Assembly: GCA_965263345.1 (NCBI GenBank)
Contig: CBDHHC010000021.1
Coordinates: 4,182 to 68,181, forward strand
Origin: Methyloligellaceae bacterium
GTDB taxonomy: Bacteria; Pseudomonadota; Alphaproteobacteria; Rhizobiales; CBDHHC01
DNA: 64,000 nucleotides
Reading direction: 5' to 3'
Of the stretch, positions 36,401 to 45,367 are shown in pieces (the stretch's first letter is position 1; every line of letters starts with the position of its first letter). The notes under the pieces are model-generated. The model had not been told where the DNA came from. It ran no database searches and saw only the letters and a program-made list of their open reading frames with translations. Made by a program: the position numbers and the translations under genes.

Positions 36401-37399
36401 ATGAATAAAGTAACGCTGAAAGATATAGCAGCCGAGGTTGGTGTGAGTGAAATGACTGCTTCTAGAGCAATGCGCAAACATAGCGATGTCTCACAAAAGA
36501 CCCAAGAACGTGTTATGCAGGCAGCAAAGGAACTCGGTTATATCCCTAATAAAGTTGCAAGCATGCTTGCATCTAGAACATCTCAAATAATTCCTATGAT
36601 CGTTCCATCTCTGCGAAACAGTGTGTTTCTTGATGTTATCGCAGCAGCTCAAGAGCTGATTAACGCTAAGGGCTATCAGATGATGTTGCTGAATACACAA
36701 TACTCAGTCGATAAAGAAACAGATGCAGTAGAAGCACTTATGGCATGGTCTCCAGCCGCTCTGATATTATCAGGAGTAAATCACTCTGAAGCAACGAGTA
36801 ATCTATTAGCTGAAGTCAACTTTCCGGTCATAGAAATTATGGACACAGATGACAAGGCAATTGATATCTGTGTTGGGTTTTCTCATCACATGGCCGGTAA
36901 GGCAATGGGAGAATATTTGCTCAAGCAAGGCTATCGATCCTTTGCATTTTGTGGAAGCAGGCTAGAGGAAGATATACGTGGAAAAAAACGTTATGAAGGC
37001 TTTCGAACCGCAATAATTAACGCAGGTTTGGAAGCGCCTAACATGATAAATCTCACTGCCAGGTTTGGAGATCTGGTTGAATCAAATGCTTTTGAGGAAA
37101 TCATTGCCAAGATATGGAATTTAGACTGTATTTATTTTGCGAATGATGACTTGGCAGTTGGTGTACTGCTGACTTGTCAACGAATGGGTCTGAATGTGCC
37201 AAAAGATTTGGCAGTCGCAGGGTTTAACGATCTTCATACTGGTATGTTGATACAACCCAGATTAACCACGTCAAGATCCCCTCGTCGTGAGATTGGTGCT
37301 ATTGCAGCACGTTGTGCCCTGGACAGAATAGAGGGAAAAGAATTGGATCAGAAGAAAATTGAGTTGGAATGTAAGTTAGTTGCTAGAGAAAGTGCTTAG
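36401..37399 (+). CDS. LacI-family transcriptional regulator
   Basis: The sequence MNKVTLKDIAAEVGVSEMTASRAMR is a LacI HTH, followed by a periplasmic-binding-protein-like sensor domain. Confidence 0.85.
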   Translation: MNKVTLKDIAAEVGVSEMTASRAMRKHSDVSQKTQERVMQAAKELGYIPNKVASMLASRTSQIIPMIVPSLRNSVFLDVIAAAQELINAKGYQMMLLNTQYSVDKETDAVEALMAWSPAALILSGVNHSEATSNLLAEVNFPVIEIMDTDDKAIDICVGFSHHMAGKAMGEYLLKQGYRSFAFCGSRLEEDIRGKKRYEGFRTAIINAGLEAPNMINLTARFGDLVESNAFEEIIAKIWNLDCIYFANDDLAVGVLLTCQRMGLNVPKDLAVAGFNDLHTGMLIQPRLTTSRSPRREIGAIAARCALDRIEGKELDQKKIELECKLVARESA

Positions 37400-37435
37400 G
37401 AAGAAGATTGGTGCGTGTAATTAAGGGAGTACATA

Positions 37436-38338
37436 ATGTCAAAAGAAAAACATATAGGCGTCATTGGTTTAGGATCAATGGGACATGGCATAGCTGTGTC
37501 ACTCCTGAAAAGCACCCAACATGTTTTTGGTTTTGATATTAACACATCAGCTGTCGATAGTTTTATTTCTAATGGAGGTAGAAAGGGCGAGTTTGATATT
37601 GTTTCAGAGCTAGATATTGTTTTTATAGTTGTAGTTAATTCCGAACAAACGGAAAATGTACTCTTTGGGCAAAATGGAATCGCTCCTACTATGAAAAAAA
37701 ATGCAGTTGTGATCAGCTGCGCAACGGTATCACCAGAATTTGCACAAGAGATGGAAACGCGATGTAAAGAATTTGATATTCTTTATCTAGACGCCCCTAT
37801 TTCAGGTGGATCAAAGAAAGCAGAACAGGGCAAGCTTAGCATTATGGCAAGTGGTTCAGTTGAAGCATTTGACACATCCCAAACAGCTCTGGATGCTATA
37901 GCGGATAAAGTATTCAAACTTGGAGATAAAGCCGGTCCTGGTTCTGCAATGAAGGTGATAAACCAGCTTCTTGCTGGTGTACACATAGCCGCTGCAGCTG
38001 AAGCTATTATGTTTGGGGTTGCACAAGGAGTGGATGCGAAAAAAACCGTTGAAGTCATCTCGCAATGTGCGGGTACATCCTGGATGTTTGAAAATCGCGG
38101 CCCACATATTGCGGAAGGTGATTATACCCCTCATTCTGCAGTTAATATATTTATCAAAGACCTCGGGATCGTTGGAGATATAGCAAAAGCATCTCGTTTT
38201 TCTACCCCTTTGGCCAGTGCAGCCCTTCAGCAATTTATTTCAGCATCTGGAATGGGCTACGGTCATGAAGATGATTCAGCCGTAGCTAAGGTCTATGCCC
38301 ACACTGCACAACTAAAACTACCAGGAGAAGAAAAATGA
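37436..38338 (+). CDS. Beta-hydroxyacid dehydrogenase family, LtnD/DenD-like (tetronate 2-dehydrogenase)
   Basis: 300 aa with Rossmann motif IGVIGLGSMGHG. It belongs to the 3-hydroxyisobutyrate dehydrogenase-like family and is the first gene of a 4-gene overlapping operon. Confidence 0.65.
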   Translation: MSKEKHIGVIGLGSMGHGIAVSLLKSTQHVFGFDINTSAVDSFISNGGRKGEFDIVSELDIVFIVVVNSEQTENVLFGQNGIAPTMKKNAVVISCATVSPEFAQEMETRCKEFDILYLDAPISGGSKKAEQGKLSIMASGSVEAFDTSQTALDAIADKVFKLGDKAGPGSAMKVINQLLAGVHIAAAAEAIMFGVAQGVDAKKTVEVISQCAGTSWMFENRGPHIAEGDYTPHSAVNIFIKDLGIVGDIAKASRFSTPLASAALQQFISASGMGYGHEDDSAVAKVYAHTAQLKLPGEEK

Positions 38339-39576
38339 TCTTAGGGGCTATTGGGGACGATTTTACCGGATCTTCTGATTTAGGTTTAATCTTGGCTCAA
38401 GGAGGAATGAGAACGGTTCAATATATTGATACCCCAACTGAAATGGCTTCTAGTGATATTGATGCAGGTGTCATTGCCTTAAAAACACGTTCTATTCCTC
38501 TTGAGGACGCTATTAGCCAATCTATAAAAGCCTTTCGCTGGTTGAGAAATCAAGGTTGTAAAAAATTTATGTTTAAATATTGCTCAACTTTTGATTCAAC
38601 GCCTCGTGGAAATATAGGACCAGTTATTGATGCGCTTATTTCAGAACTTGATACAAATGAACCTGTTATAGTTTGCCCAGCTTTCCCTGAAACTGGTCGC
38701 AGTATTTATATGGGGCATCTTTTTGTAAATGATAAATTATTGTCAGAATCAGGTTTAGAAAAACATCCATTAACTCCAATGACAGATGCTGATATTCGTC
38801 GTTGGCTACAATATCAAACTGAACATCAAGTTGGGCATGTCAGGCTGAAAGATATAAAAAATGGCTCTACACATCAGAAGCTTCTGAGCGAAACCGCACA
38901 TGGCCGGCAACTGGTTATCTGCGATGCTATTGAAAATACCGATTTGTTTGAGCTGGCAAAAGCAACCGAGAATTTTCCCTTAATAACTGGGGGGTCTGGT
39001 ATCGCATTAGGCATACCTGGGATCTATGGTTTTGCATCAGAAGATAAGATAAACTGGTCAGGTATTAAAGGGCCTGTTCTGGCTTTGTCTGGATCCTGTT
39101 CTCAAGCGACACGAGGACAGGTTTTCAGACATAAAGAAAAAGGTGGAGTCTATAAGAAAATCGAAGCCCACGATATTATTGAAGAGAAGTTTGATATAGA
39201 AGAACTTGTTTCTTGGGCTTTACAAGTCTCAGAGTTGCCACTCATTTATACATCAGATGAGCCGGAAAATGTACTAGATATTCAAAAGAAATATGGGCGA
39301 GAATATTCTGCACAAAAGGTAGAAGACTTTTTTGCTTCAGTTGCCCTTGCAGCGACAGAAGCAGGTTTTAAAAGCATTATCTCAGCAGGGGGAGAAACCT
39401 CTGGTGCTGTTGTAAAGGCTCTAAAAATTGAAGCGATGGAAATTGGACCCAAAATTGCTGCAGGAGTACCGGCATTGAAAGTGAAAGATAGAGATCTAGC
39501 CATGGTTCTAAAGTCCGGAAATTTCGGTTCCCCTGATTTTTTTGAAGAAGCAGCAAATATACTGGTGTCGCAATGA
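38335..39576 (+). CDS. DUF1537 four-carbon acid-sugar kinase (OtnK-like, 3-oxo-tetronate kinase)
   Basis: 413 aa with N-terminal GAIGDDFTGSSDLG, typical of DUF1537 kinases. It overlaps both neighbours by 4 nt. Confidence 0.7.
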   Translation: MILGAIGDDFTGSSDLGLILAQGGMRTVQYIDTPTEMASSDIDAGVIALKTRSIPLEDAISQSIKAFRWLRNQGCKKFMFKYCSTFDSTPRGNIGPVIDALISELDTNEPVIVCPAFPETGRSIYMGHLFVNDKLLSESGLEKHPLTPMTDADIRRWLQYQTEHQVGHVRLKDIKNGSTHQKLLSETAHGRQLVICDAIENTDLFELAKATENFPLITGGSGIALGIPGIYGFASEDKINWSGIKGPVLALSGSCSQATRGQVFRHKEKGGVYKKIEAHDIIEEKFDIEELVSWALQVSELPLIYTSDEPENVLDIQKKYGREYSAQKVEDFFASVALAATEAGFKSIISAGGETSGAVVKALKIEAMEIGPKIAAGVPALKVKDRDLAMVLKSGNFGSPDFFEEAANILVSQ

Positions 39577-40223
39577 GTGAAGAGACAAAATTAAGAGAAC
39601 AAATCTGTTCCTTTTCTAAGTCTATCTTTGACAGAGGATTGACAAATGGTTCATCGGCCAATATATCCGCGCGGTTAACAAATGGTTGTTTGCTCGTTAC
39701 GCCAACTGGGAGTAGTTTTGGAGATCTTGATCCGGCTAAACTGTCTCTATTGGACAAGAAAGGAAGTCTTCTGAGTGGGGATGCACCTACAAAAGAACTC
39801 CCATTGCATTCTGCATTTTATGAGACACGATCAAGTAAAACTGGCGCAGTAGTTCATTTGCATTCAACCTATTCTGTTGCCCTTTCAATGCTGCCAGATA
39901 TAGATCCAGATAATATGTTGCCACCGATTACGCCCTATTCAGTTATGCGTTTAGGCAAAGTAAAACTGCTGCCTTACTTTATGCCAGGTGATCCTGCTAT
40001 GGGGGATGCTATCCGGGACCTAGAAGGCAAACGGAGCACTGTAATTTTGGCTAATCATGGGCCAGTTGTTGCTGGTAAAGACCTTTGTTCCGCAGTTTAT
40101 GCAATTGAGGAGCTGGAAGAAACAGCAAAGTTGATATTGCTTACACGAGCAGCAAACCCAATTATGCTTACAGAGGATCAAGTGCAAAAATTAGTTGATA
40201 AATTTAATGTTGAGTGGGAATAG
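39573..40223 (+). CDS. Class II aldolase/adducin-family protein (OtnC-like, 3-oxo-tetronate 4-phosphate decarboxylase)
   Basis: 216 aa with an aldolase_II pattern (SSANISARL, VVHLHSTYSVALS). Confidence 0.65.
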   Translation: MSEETKLREQICSFSKSIFDRGLTNGSSANISARLTNGCLLVTPTGSSFGDLDPAKLSLLDKKGSLLSGDAPTKELPLHSAFYETRSSKTGAVVHLHSTYSVALSMLPDIDPDNMLPPITPYSVMRLGKVKLLPYFMPGDPAMGDAIRDLEGKRSTVILANHGPVVAGKDLCSAVYAIEELEETAKLILLTRAANPIMLTEDQVQKLVDKFNVEWE

Positions 40224-40228
40224 GTCAT

Positions 40229-40996
40229 ATGGTCAACTTCTCTGCAAATCTAGGGTTTTTGTGGCAGGAACTCTCCTTAAATGAAGCCATAAGAGAAGCC
40301 AAGAAAACTGGCTTTGAAGCTGTTGAGTTCCATTGGCCCTATGCTATTCCTGCCAATGATTTAAAAATAACTTTATTAGAAACTGGTTTATCCGCACTTG
40401 GGATGAATACAATTCGTGGGGATATCTCAAAAGGTGAAAACGGTCTCTCTGCATTGGTCTCTAGAAAGCTGGATGCCAGAAAAGCTATTGATCAGGCAAT
40501 TGAATATGGAGCGCACATAAATGTAAAAAATATACATGTTATGGCTGGGGTTGCAGATGGACGAGAGGCACACAAAACATTTATCGATAATCTGGCTTAT
40601 GCAACGGATTGTGCTGCAAAGGAAAATATTACAATCCTGATTGAACCGCTTAATCATTATGATGCTCCAGATTATTTTTTAAACCATTCCGATCAAGCCG
40701 TTGCAATTATAAAGGACGTAGGACAACCTAATCTCAAACTAATGTATGACTGCTATCATATGCAAATTATGGAAGGAGACATCACAAGGCGTTTAGAAAC
40801 ATTAATGCCATATATTGGGCATATACAAATCGCGGGTGTTCCACAAAGAGGCGAGCCTGATATGAGTGAGTTGGACTATAAATATGTGCTAAAAGAATTA
40901 GACAAAATGGGATATGTAGGCCCAATTGGAGTAGAATATAAACCTACCGTAGATATGACGAAATCACTCAATTGGATGAAAGAATTTATTTGTTGA
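40229..40996 (+). CDS. Hydroxypyruvate isomerase-family TIM-barrel protein (OtnI-like, 2-oxo-tetronate isomerase)
   Basis: The sequence MVNFSANLGFLWQELSL is an Hyi-like N-terminus. The ORF-track start at 40214 would overlap the preceding gene. Confidence 0.65.
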   Translation: MVNFSANLGFLWQELSLNEAIREAKKTGFEAVEFHWPYAIPANDLKITLLETGLSALGMNTIRGDISKGENGLSALVSRKLDARKAIDQAIEYGAHINVKNIHVMAGVADGREAHKTFIDNLAYATDCAAKENITILIEPLNHYDAPDYFLNHSDQAVAIIKDVGQPNLKLMYDCYHMQIMEGDITRRLETLMPYIGHIQIAGVPQRGEPDMSELDYKYVLKELDKMGYVGPIGVEYKPTVDMTKSLNWMKEFIC

Positions 40997-41134
40997 ATGA
41001 AACAGACTGCAACAATCTAAAATAGTGTCGCCAGCCCCGGACTGGCGGATAACACCTACAAGCCAGAGGAATTTCAGTAAATAAGCAACCCAGCCGGTTA
41101 GGTCTTCCAGACGACACCATTCTCACAAAAACCC

Positions 41135-41170
41135 TTGACCCATATCAACAATGCGCATATTATATGCGCA
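41135..41170 (+). promoter_or_regulatory. ccdAB promoter with overlapping inverted-repeat operator
   Basis: TTGACC (41135..41140), a 17-nt spacer, then TATTAT (41158..41163). A perfect 9-bp inverted repeat TGCGCATAT-t-ATATGCGCA (41152..41170) covers the -10. Confidence 0.4.
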
Positions 41171-41193
41171 CTAAAATCATCGGAAATATTGAT

Positions 41194-41412
41194 ATGAAAC
41201 GTTCTGCAAATCTATCTGTTGATGCCAAGCTGCTTGAAGAAGCAAAAAGCTTAGACATAAATCTCTCTCAGACTTTGGAACAGGCTCTAAGAAGTTTAAT
41301 TCGTCATAAACGTTCCGAACAATGGACCTTAGACAATAAAGCTTCGTTCGAATCCTATAGTAATCATATAGAAAGACGGGGTGCATTCAGTGACAAATTA
41401 AGGTCGTTTTAA
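41194..41412 (+). CDS. ccdA: CcdA-type antitoxin
   Basis: The sequence MKRSANLSVDAKLLEEAKSLDINLSQTLEQAL matches the CcdA pattern. The stop abuts the ccdB start. Confidence 0.7.
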   Translation: MKRSANLSVDAKLLEEAKSLDINLSQTLEQALRSLIRHKRSEQWTLDNKASFESYSNHIERRGAFSDKLRSF

Positions 41413-41723
41413 TGCGTCAGTTTGATGTCTGTTTAAACCCGAACAAGGCAAGCGCTAACGACGCGCCTTACCTTGTGGTTTTACAGTCAGATCTATTGTC
41501 TCCTTTGAACACATGTGTGGTCGCCCCTTTACTCAAAGAAAAGTCCTACAAACCAATTGATAAATTAACACCTATACTCATCATTAAATCTCATAAATAC
41601 ATATTGTCAGTGACTGAATTAGCTGGCGTTCAATATGATGTGATAGGAGATGTTGTTTGTAATGTCGAAGATAAAAGAGATGAAATAATTGCTGCGCTGG
41701 ATCTTTTATTCCTTGGTTTTTAA
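41412..41723 (+). CDS. ccdB: CcdB-type toxin (gyrase poison family)
   Basis: 103 aa. The sequence MRQFDVCLNPNKASANDAPYLVVLQSDLL matches the CcdB pattern. Confidence 0.75.
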   Translation: MRQFDVCLNPNKASANDAPYLVVLQSDLLSPLNTCVVAPLLKEKSYKPIDKLTPILIIKSHKYILSVTELAGVQYDVIGDVVCNVEDKRDEIIAALDLLFLGF

Positions 41724-41760
41724 TCAAAAGAGTGTAAATGAACATATGCCTATGGGCATA

Positions 41761-41878
41761 CAGCCGGACTGGGCATGTTGACCAGTCTGAGTGTTCTTGC
41801 CTTTGTTTGCGCATCAGTTGGTATAGGGTTTGTGCAAAAACGGTAGGGGCGCATCAGAATGATACGCCCCGCATCGGA
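41761..41878 (+). repeat. Repeat family A copy 4
   Basis: Differs from 16345..16470 at only about three positions by eye. Confidence 0.85.
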
Positions 41879-42125
41879 ATGTTTTGGTAAACCTTGTTAA
41901 AATGATTTAGTAAGCAAGTAGGTTAAAACTATATAGAGAAAAAGTTTAATGAGATATACAACTTGTATACTGTTAGTTTTCTTCTGTTGCGTGGCATTAA
42001 ACCATGTTTTGGCACACCAAAGTGAATGGTGCCAACCATCGAAAATTGTTTATCTATTTGGAGAAAATTCTGTTTTGAGAATTATTATCACTTAAAAAGG
42101 ACAACCTAATTGTTCCCTCAGGCAG

Positions 42126-42250
42126 CCCCCGCCGGTCAGGCTTTGCAAGCCTGACTGAAAAGTCTTGCCACTCCCTCGGTCAAGAACAGCCTCTCTATGA
42201 TCTAAAATTCAAAACCTCAATCTCACTTATCGGATGAGCCGAAGACCATT
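42126..42250 (-). repeat. Repeat family B copy 2 (solo)
   Basis: Same hairpin as copy 1. Its minus-strand reading encodes WSSAHPISEIEVLNFRS*, the C-terminal end of the RAYT-type ORF. Confidence 0.85.
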
Positions 42251-42299
42251 CGAAGATTCTGTGCAATCGTGTCATAGCCTATATCATCAAGCCTATCTT

Positions 42300-42839
42300 T
42301 CAATTAACGATCTCCAGCCTGTATTGTCCAAAACGTGGTTTCTCAATTCGAACAAATTTCTTTCGGATTGGATTTTGACAACCATATATCGGTGTTTTAT
42401 AGGAAAAAAATTGAGACCATGAAAAACGTTCAGTGATGCAAATAGGAAAATACTTTGTTGTTTCATGAGATTTAGGTTTCGTGATATCCTTACCTTTGTT
42501 GTCGTTAATATAAATGTAGACTTGTGTATTTGCTTTGTTGCCAATATTCGCACATCCACCTGATTCGATTGTATACCAACCCTCTCCACTTGATCCTAAA
42601 TAAGAAAGCGAAGTTACAGCCACAGATATTGAGAAATTCTTTTTATTGCAGATGAACATATCATTGCTAACTTGATTTAGCCTTTGTTGTTCTCTTCTAC
42701 GATCAGCATTGTTATAGTTTTCATGCTCTCTTAGCATATGATCTAAAAAACGTTGTCGTTTGTTAAAATCTGAATCTGCTAATGCTGGAGATATAAATAG
42801 AAAAATAGAAATTAAAGTTTGAATTAAAAAACGTATCAT
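42300..42839 (-). CDS. Secreted DUF1036-like protein
   Basis: 179 aa with a signal peptide (MIRFLIQTLISIFLFISPALA). The C-terminal part shows the pattern ICNKKNFSISVAV...GEGWYTIESGGCANI...VYIYIND...ICITERF...GC, which resembles DUF1036. Confidence 0.5.
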   Translation of the reverse strand: MIRFLIQTLISIFLFISPALADSDFNKRQRFLDHMLREHENYNNADRRREQQRLNQVSNDMFICNKKNFSISVAVTSLSYLGSSGEGWYTIESGGCANIGNKANTQVYIYINDNKGKDITKPKSHETTKYFPICITERFSWSQFFSYKTPIYGCQNPIRKKFVRIEKPRFGQYRLEIVN

Positions 42840-43081
42840 GGCGAAAAACTCCAGGAAATTACTTCAAAAATTAGATGTAAATAATAAAATAAGTTACAGA
42901 TAAAATATCATAATTTCCATCAAAAGAAAACTAGTGAAATGGTATTCAGATGATCAAGAAAATGGTGTTACAAATCAATTAACTTCCAATAAATAAACCT
43001 CAAGAAACAATCTTAAGTATACGATCCCCCCCCCCCAGTCTATCTGCAATAATACAACACAATAATTAGTTCAGTTAGAAA

Positions 43082-43206
43082 CCCCGCCGGTCAGGCTTTG
43101 CAAGCCTGACTGAAAAGTCTTGCCACTCCCTCGGTCAAGAACAACCTCTCTATGATCTAAAATTCAAAACCTTAATCTCACTTATCGGATGAGCCGAAGA
43201 CCATTT
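43082..43206 (-). repeat. Repeat family B copy 3 (solo)
   Basis: Differs from copy 2 at 2-3 positions and has the same left and right boundaries. Confidence 0.85.
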
Positions 43207-43320
43207 TGTTGACGTGTTACCGTGTTGATATCATAGTATGAATTCAAAGGTCAGGGAAACATTCCCTGACCTGCGGAGGGCATTTTAGTCAATAAGGAAT
43301 TTTGAAAAGGGGGGACTGTT

Positions 43321-43587
43321 ATGAAAAAAAATAATTATGATGATTTCAGTAAATATGAAGCTCTTTATAGAGAGGGACTGAATGCAAAGGAAGCATATTT
43401 ACAATCAAAAAAAGATAATAGCTTAGATTTCTGCGCGCAAATTAGAATGCTGAGATCGGTCTATAACTTATCACTAGATGAAGTAAAAATTTTGCATTAT
43501 GAGGCAGATACTGGAAAAAAAATAGAAGATCAATTTTCAAATGAAGACATTGAGGTTTTGGAGCGTCTCCTTAATGAAGAATTATAG
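43321..43587 (+). CDS. Hypothetical small helical protein
   Basis: 88-aa ORF with GGGG upstream of the ATG. It is bounded by a B repeat and an A repeat. No recognisable family. Confidence 0.35.
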   Translation: MKKNNYDDFSKYEALYREGLNAKEAYLQSKKDNSLDFCAQIRMLRSVYNLSLDEVKILHYEADTGKKIEDQFSNEDIEVLERLLNEEL

Positions 43588-43605
43588 CCCATTTGCTTTT
43601 AAGTT

Positions 43606-43700
43606 CAGCCGGACTGGACATGTTGACCAGTCTGAGTGTTCTTGCCCTTGTTTGCGCATCAGTTGACGATGAGGTTTATGCAAGAGCGGTAGGGGCGCAT
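43606..43700 (+). repeat. Repeat family A copy 5 (3'-truncated)
   Basis: The head is CAGCCGGACTGGACATGTTGACCAGTCTGAGTGTTCTTGCC. It lies between convergent genes. Confidence 0.8.
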
Positions 43701-43715
43701 CAAATCAAACATTCT

Positions 43716-44480
43716 TTAAAACTTTCCATTATTATTCTTCCAGTCTTCTTTAGGGGCGATCTTTTCCCTTGTGTCCCAATGCTCTACGATTTTGCCAGTG
43801 CAGAGTCGAAAGAGATCATAAAAAGCGCAATGAAGACCTGAATATGTTCCCTCACTGACACAAAGAACAAAATTGCCTTCAGCTAAAACCCGGTGGAGAT
43901 GATGATAATTGATGAGTTTGCCATTTTCGTCTTCAGCTTCTAAGGTTGCGCGAAGGGAAGAAGTCCCATCTTCACCTTTGGGATTGTGTTCTGTAAAGGA
44001 ATCTTTATTTACAAAACCCGATAGTCTCTCAAGGTCTTTCTTGATGAGTACGGTTTGCACAAAGTCTTTTACGATGCTCCTATGTATTTCCGTCAGTTCA
44101 AAATCAGAAGACTCTGTTGGGCCATCCACCATACTATGATGAGATTGATTTGGCCCTTGTCTTTCCTGAATATTATCCCAATGTTCAACGGCCTGGCCAT
44201 TTTCAAAACGAAAAACCTCAAACCCAATTTTACGACTGGCAAAATCATATTCCGTATGCGCAAAGACAAAATCTCCATCTTCAAAAGCACGAACAATATT
44301 TACACGAGGGTTTGTTTTCGAAAGGCGTTTGAAGAGTGAGGCGAGCCCCTCGCTCCCCTCGTGAGTCTGCGGGTTATGCTGAATATATTTTTCCTCATTA
44401 ACGACTGCAATTGGTCCAGGGTCACCCGTTTCAATGCTTCTCAGGAGGGCTCTAATCTGATCTTTCTTTGAAATGGTCAT
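43716..44480 (-). CDS. SnoaL-like / NTF2-fold protein with two tandem domains
   Basis: It has two copies of the ...EHWD motif (AVEHWDNIQ, IVEHWDTRE), typical of predicted SnoaL-like polyketide-cyclase-fold proteins. M at 44480 is preferred over 44507. Confidence 0.6.
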   Translation of the reverse strand: MTISKKDQIRALLRSIETGDPGPIAVVNEEKYIQHNPQTHEGSEGLASLFKRLSKTNPRVNIVRAFEDGDFVFAHTEYDFASRKIGFEVFRFENGQAVEHWDNIQERQGPNQSHHSMVDGPTESSDFELTEIHRSIVKDFVQTVLIKKDLERLSGFVNKDSFTEHNPKGEDGTSSLRATLEAEDENGKLINYHHLHRVLAEGNFVLCVSEGTYSGLHCAFYDLFRLCTGKIVEHWDTREKIAPKEDWKNNNGKF

Positions 44481-44639
44481 AATAGAGTTACCTTTTAATA
44501 TTCTCACCGTTTGTTCAACGTTTATTATACCAATGTCTTACAAATATAAAGATGAGCTAATTTAAGTTAACATGCTGGTCTTGTTGATACGTTCAATTTC
44601 AGCCACACAAATAAGAGCAATATGCAACGGCGTATATGT

Positions 44640-44745
44640 GGCTTAACTCTTCTTCAACCATAACAGAAAAAGAAAAAATACCCAGGAAAAAAGTCCTTGA
44701 CACCGTAACGGTACTGTGCTAGAGTTATGGCATAATCGAGAGAAT
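44640..44745 (+). promoter_or_regulatory. Repeat family D copy 2 (promoter-bearing module)
   Basis: TTGACA (44697..44702), a 17-nt spacer containing ACCGT-a-ACGGT, then TAGAGT (44720..44725). Both copies are followed by ATGGCATAATCG. Confidence 0.45.
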
Positions 44746-45367
44746 TTTAAGAAAACTCCATACTCCATCATACAATTCCTACAAATTTAAAACATTCTTA
44801 TAGTAAAAAATATATCATACTTATCCGCCTTAAAAGAGTGAAGCATTCTACAACTCTTATTATAGTTTATAGACGTGTTTTGAATCATTAAGTATTTAAC
44901 AAAACAAATACGCTTCAGCATGGAAAATTTCTTGCTTGTAATTTCAGAACAACTATTGAGTGCACTCTAGTTCTAATGCAAGTCACCTTAAATCATCACT
45001 CTTATTATGTTACAGTTATCAGGCACAAAAAAAGAATATTTGAAGACTGAGACATTTCTAATTTGCTAAACATGAGACATCTCTAAATAGGGGTGACATA
45101 CCAAATCGATTTCAAGACGCGGGTTTGATGGTGTAATTGTCCCTGGCGTTGATTTGGATACTGTAACAATAACCGATGAGGAAAGAAATCAACTTTGTCG
45201 TGGTAAAAACCAAAAGTGCAGATTCATCTCAAGAGCACGCAGATATTCTTTCAAGAATAAATTGAAAAACATAAGAATTTGCAAGGAATCTGATCGCGGA
45301 TAAAATGTAGTCTTAATGGGTAAGGCATGATCTGTCTTACCCAAATAAACGGACCATTCACTCAATT

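Noticed and set aside
16345-43700. Whether the recurring ~100-170-nt repeats could be a CRISPR array
   Set aside because: The copies are long, are themselves hairpin-rich, and are kilobases apart with genes between them. There are no regularly spaced short spacers and no cas genes in the window.
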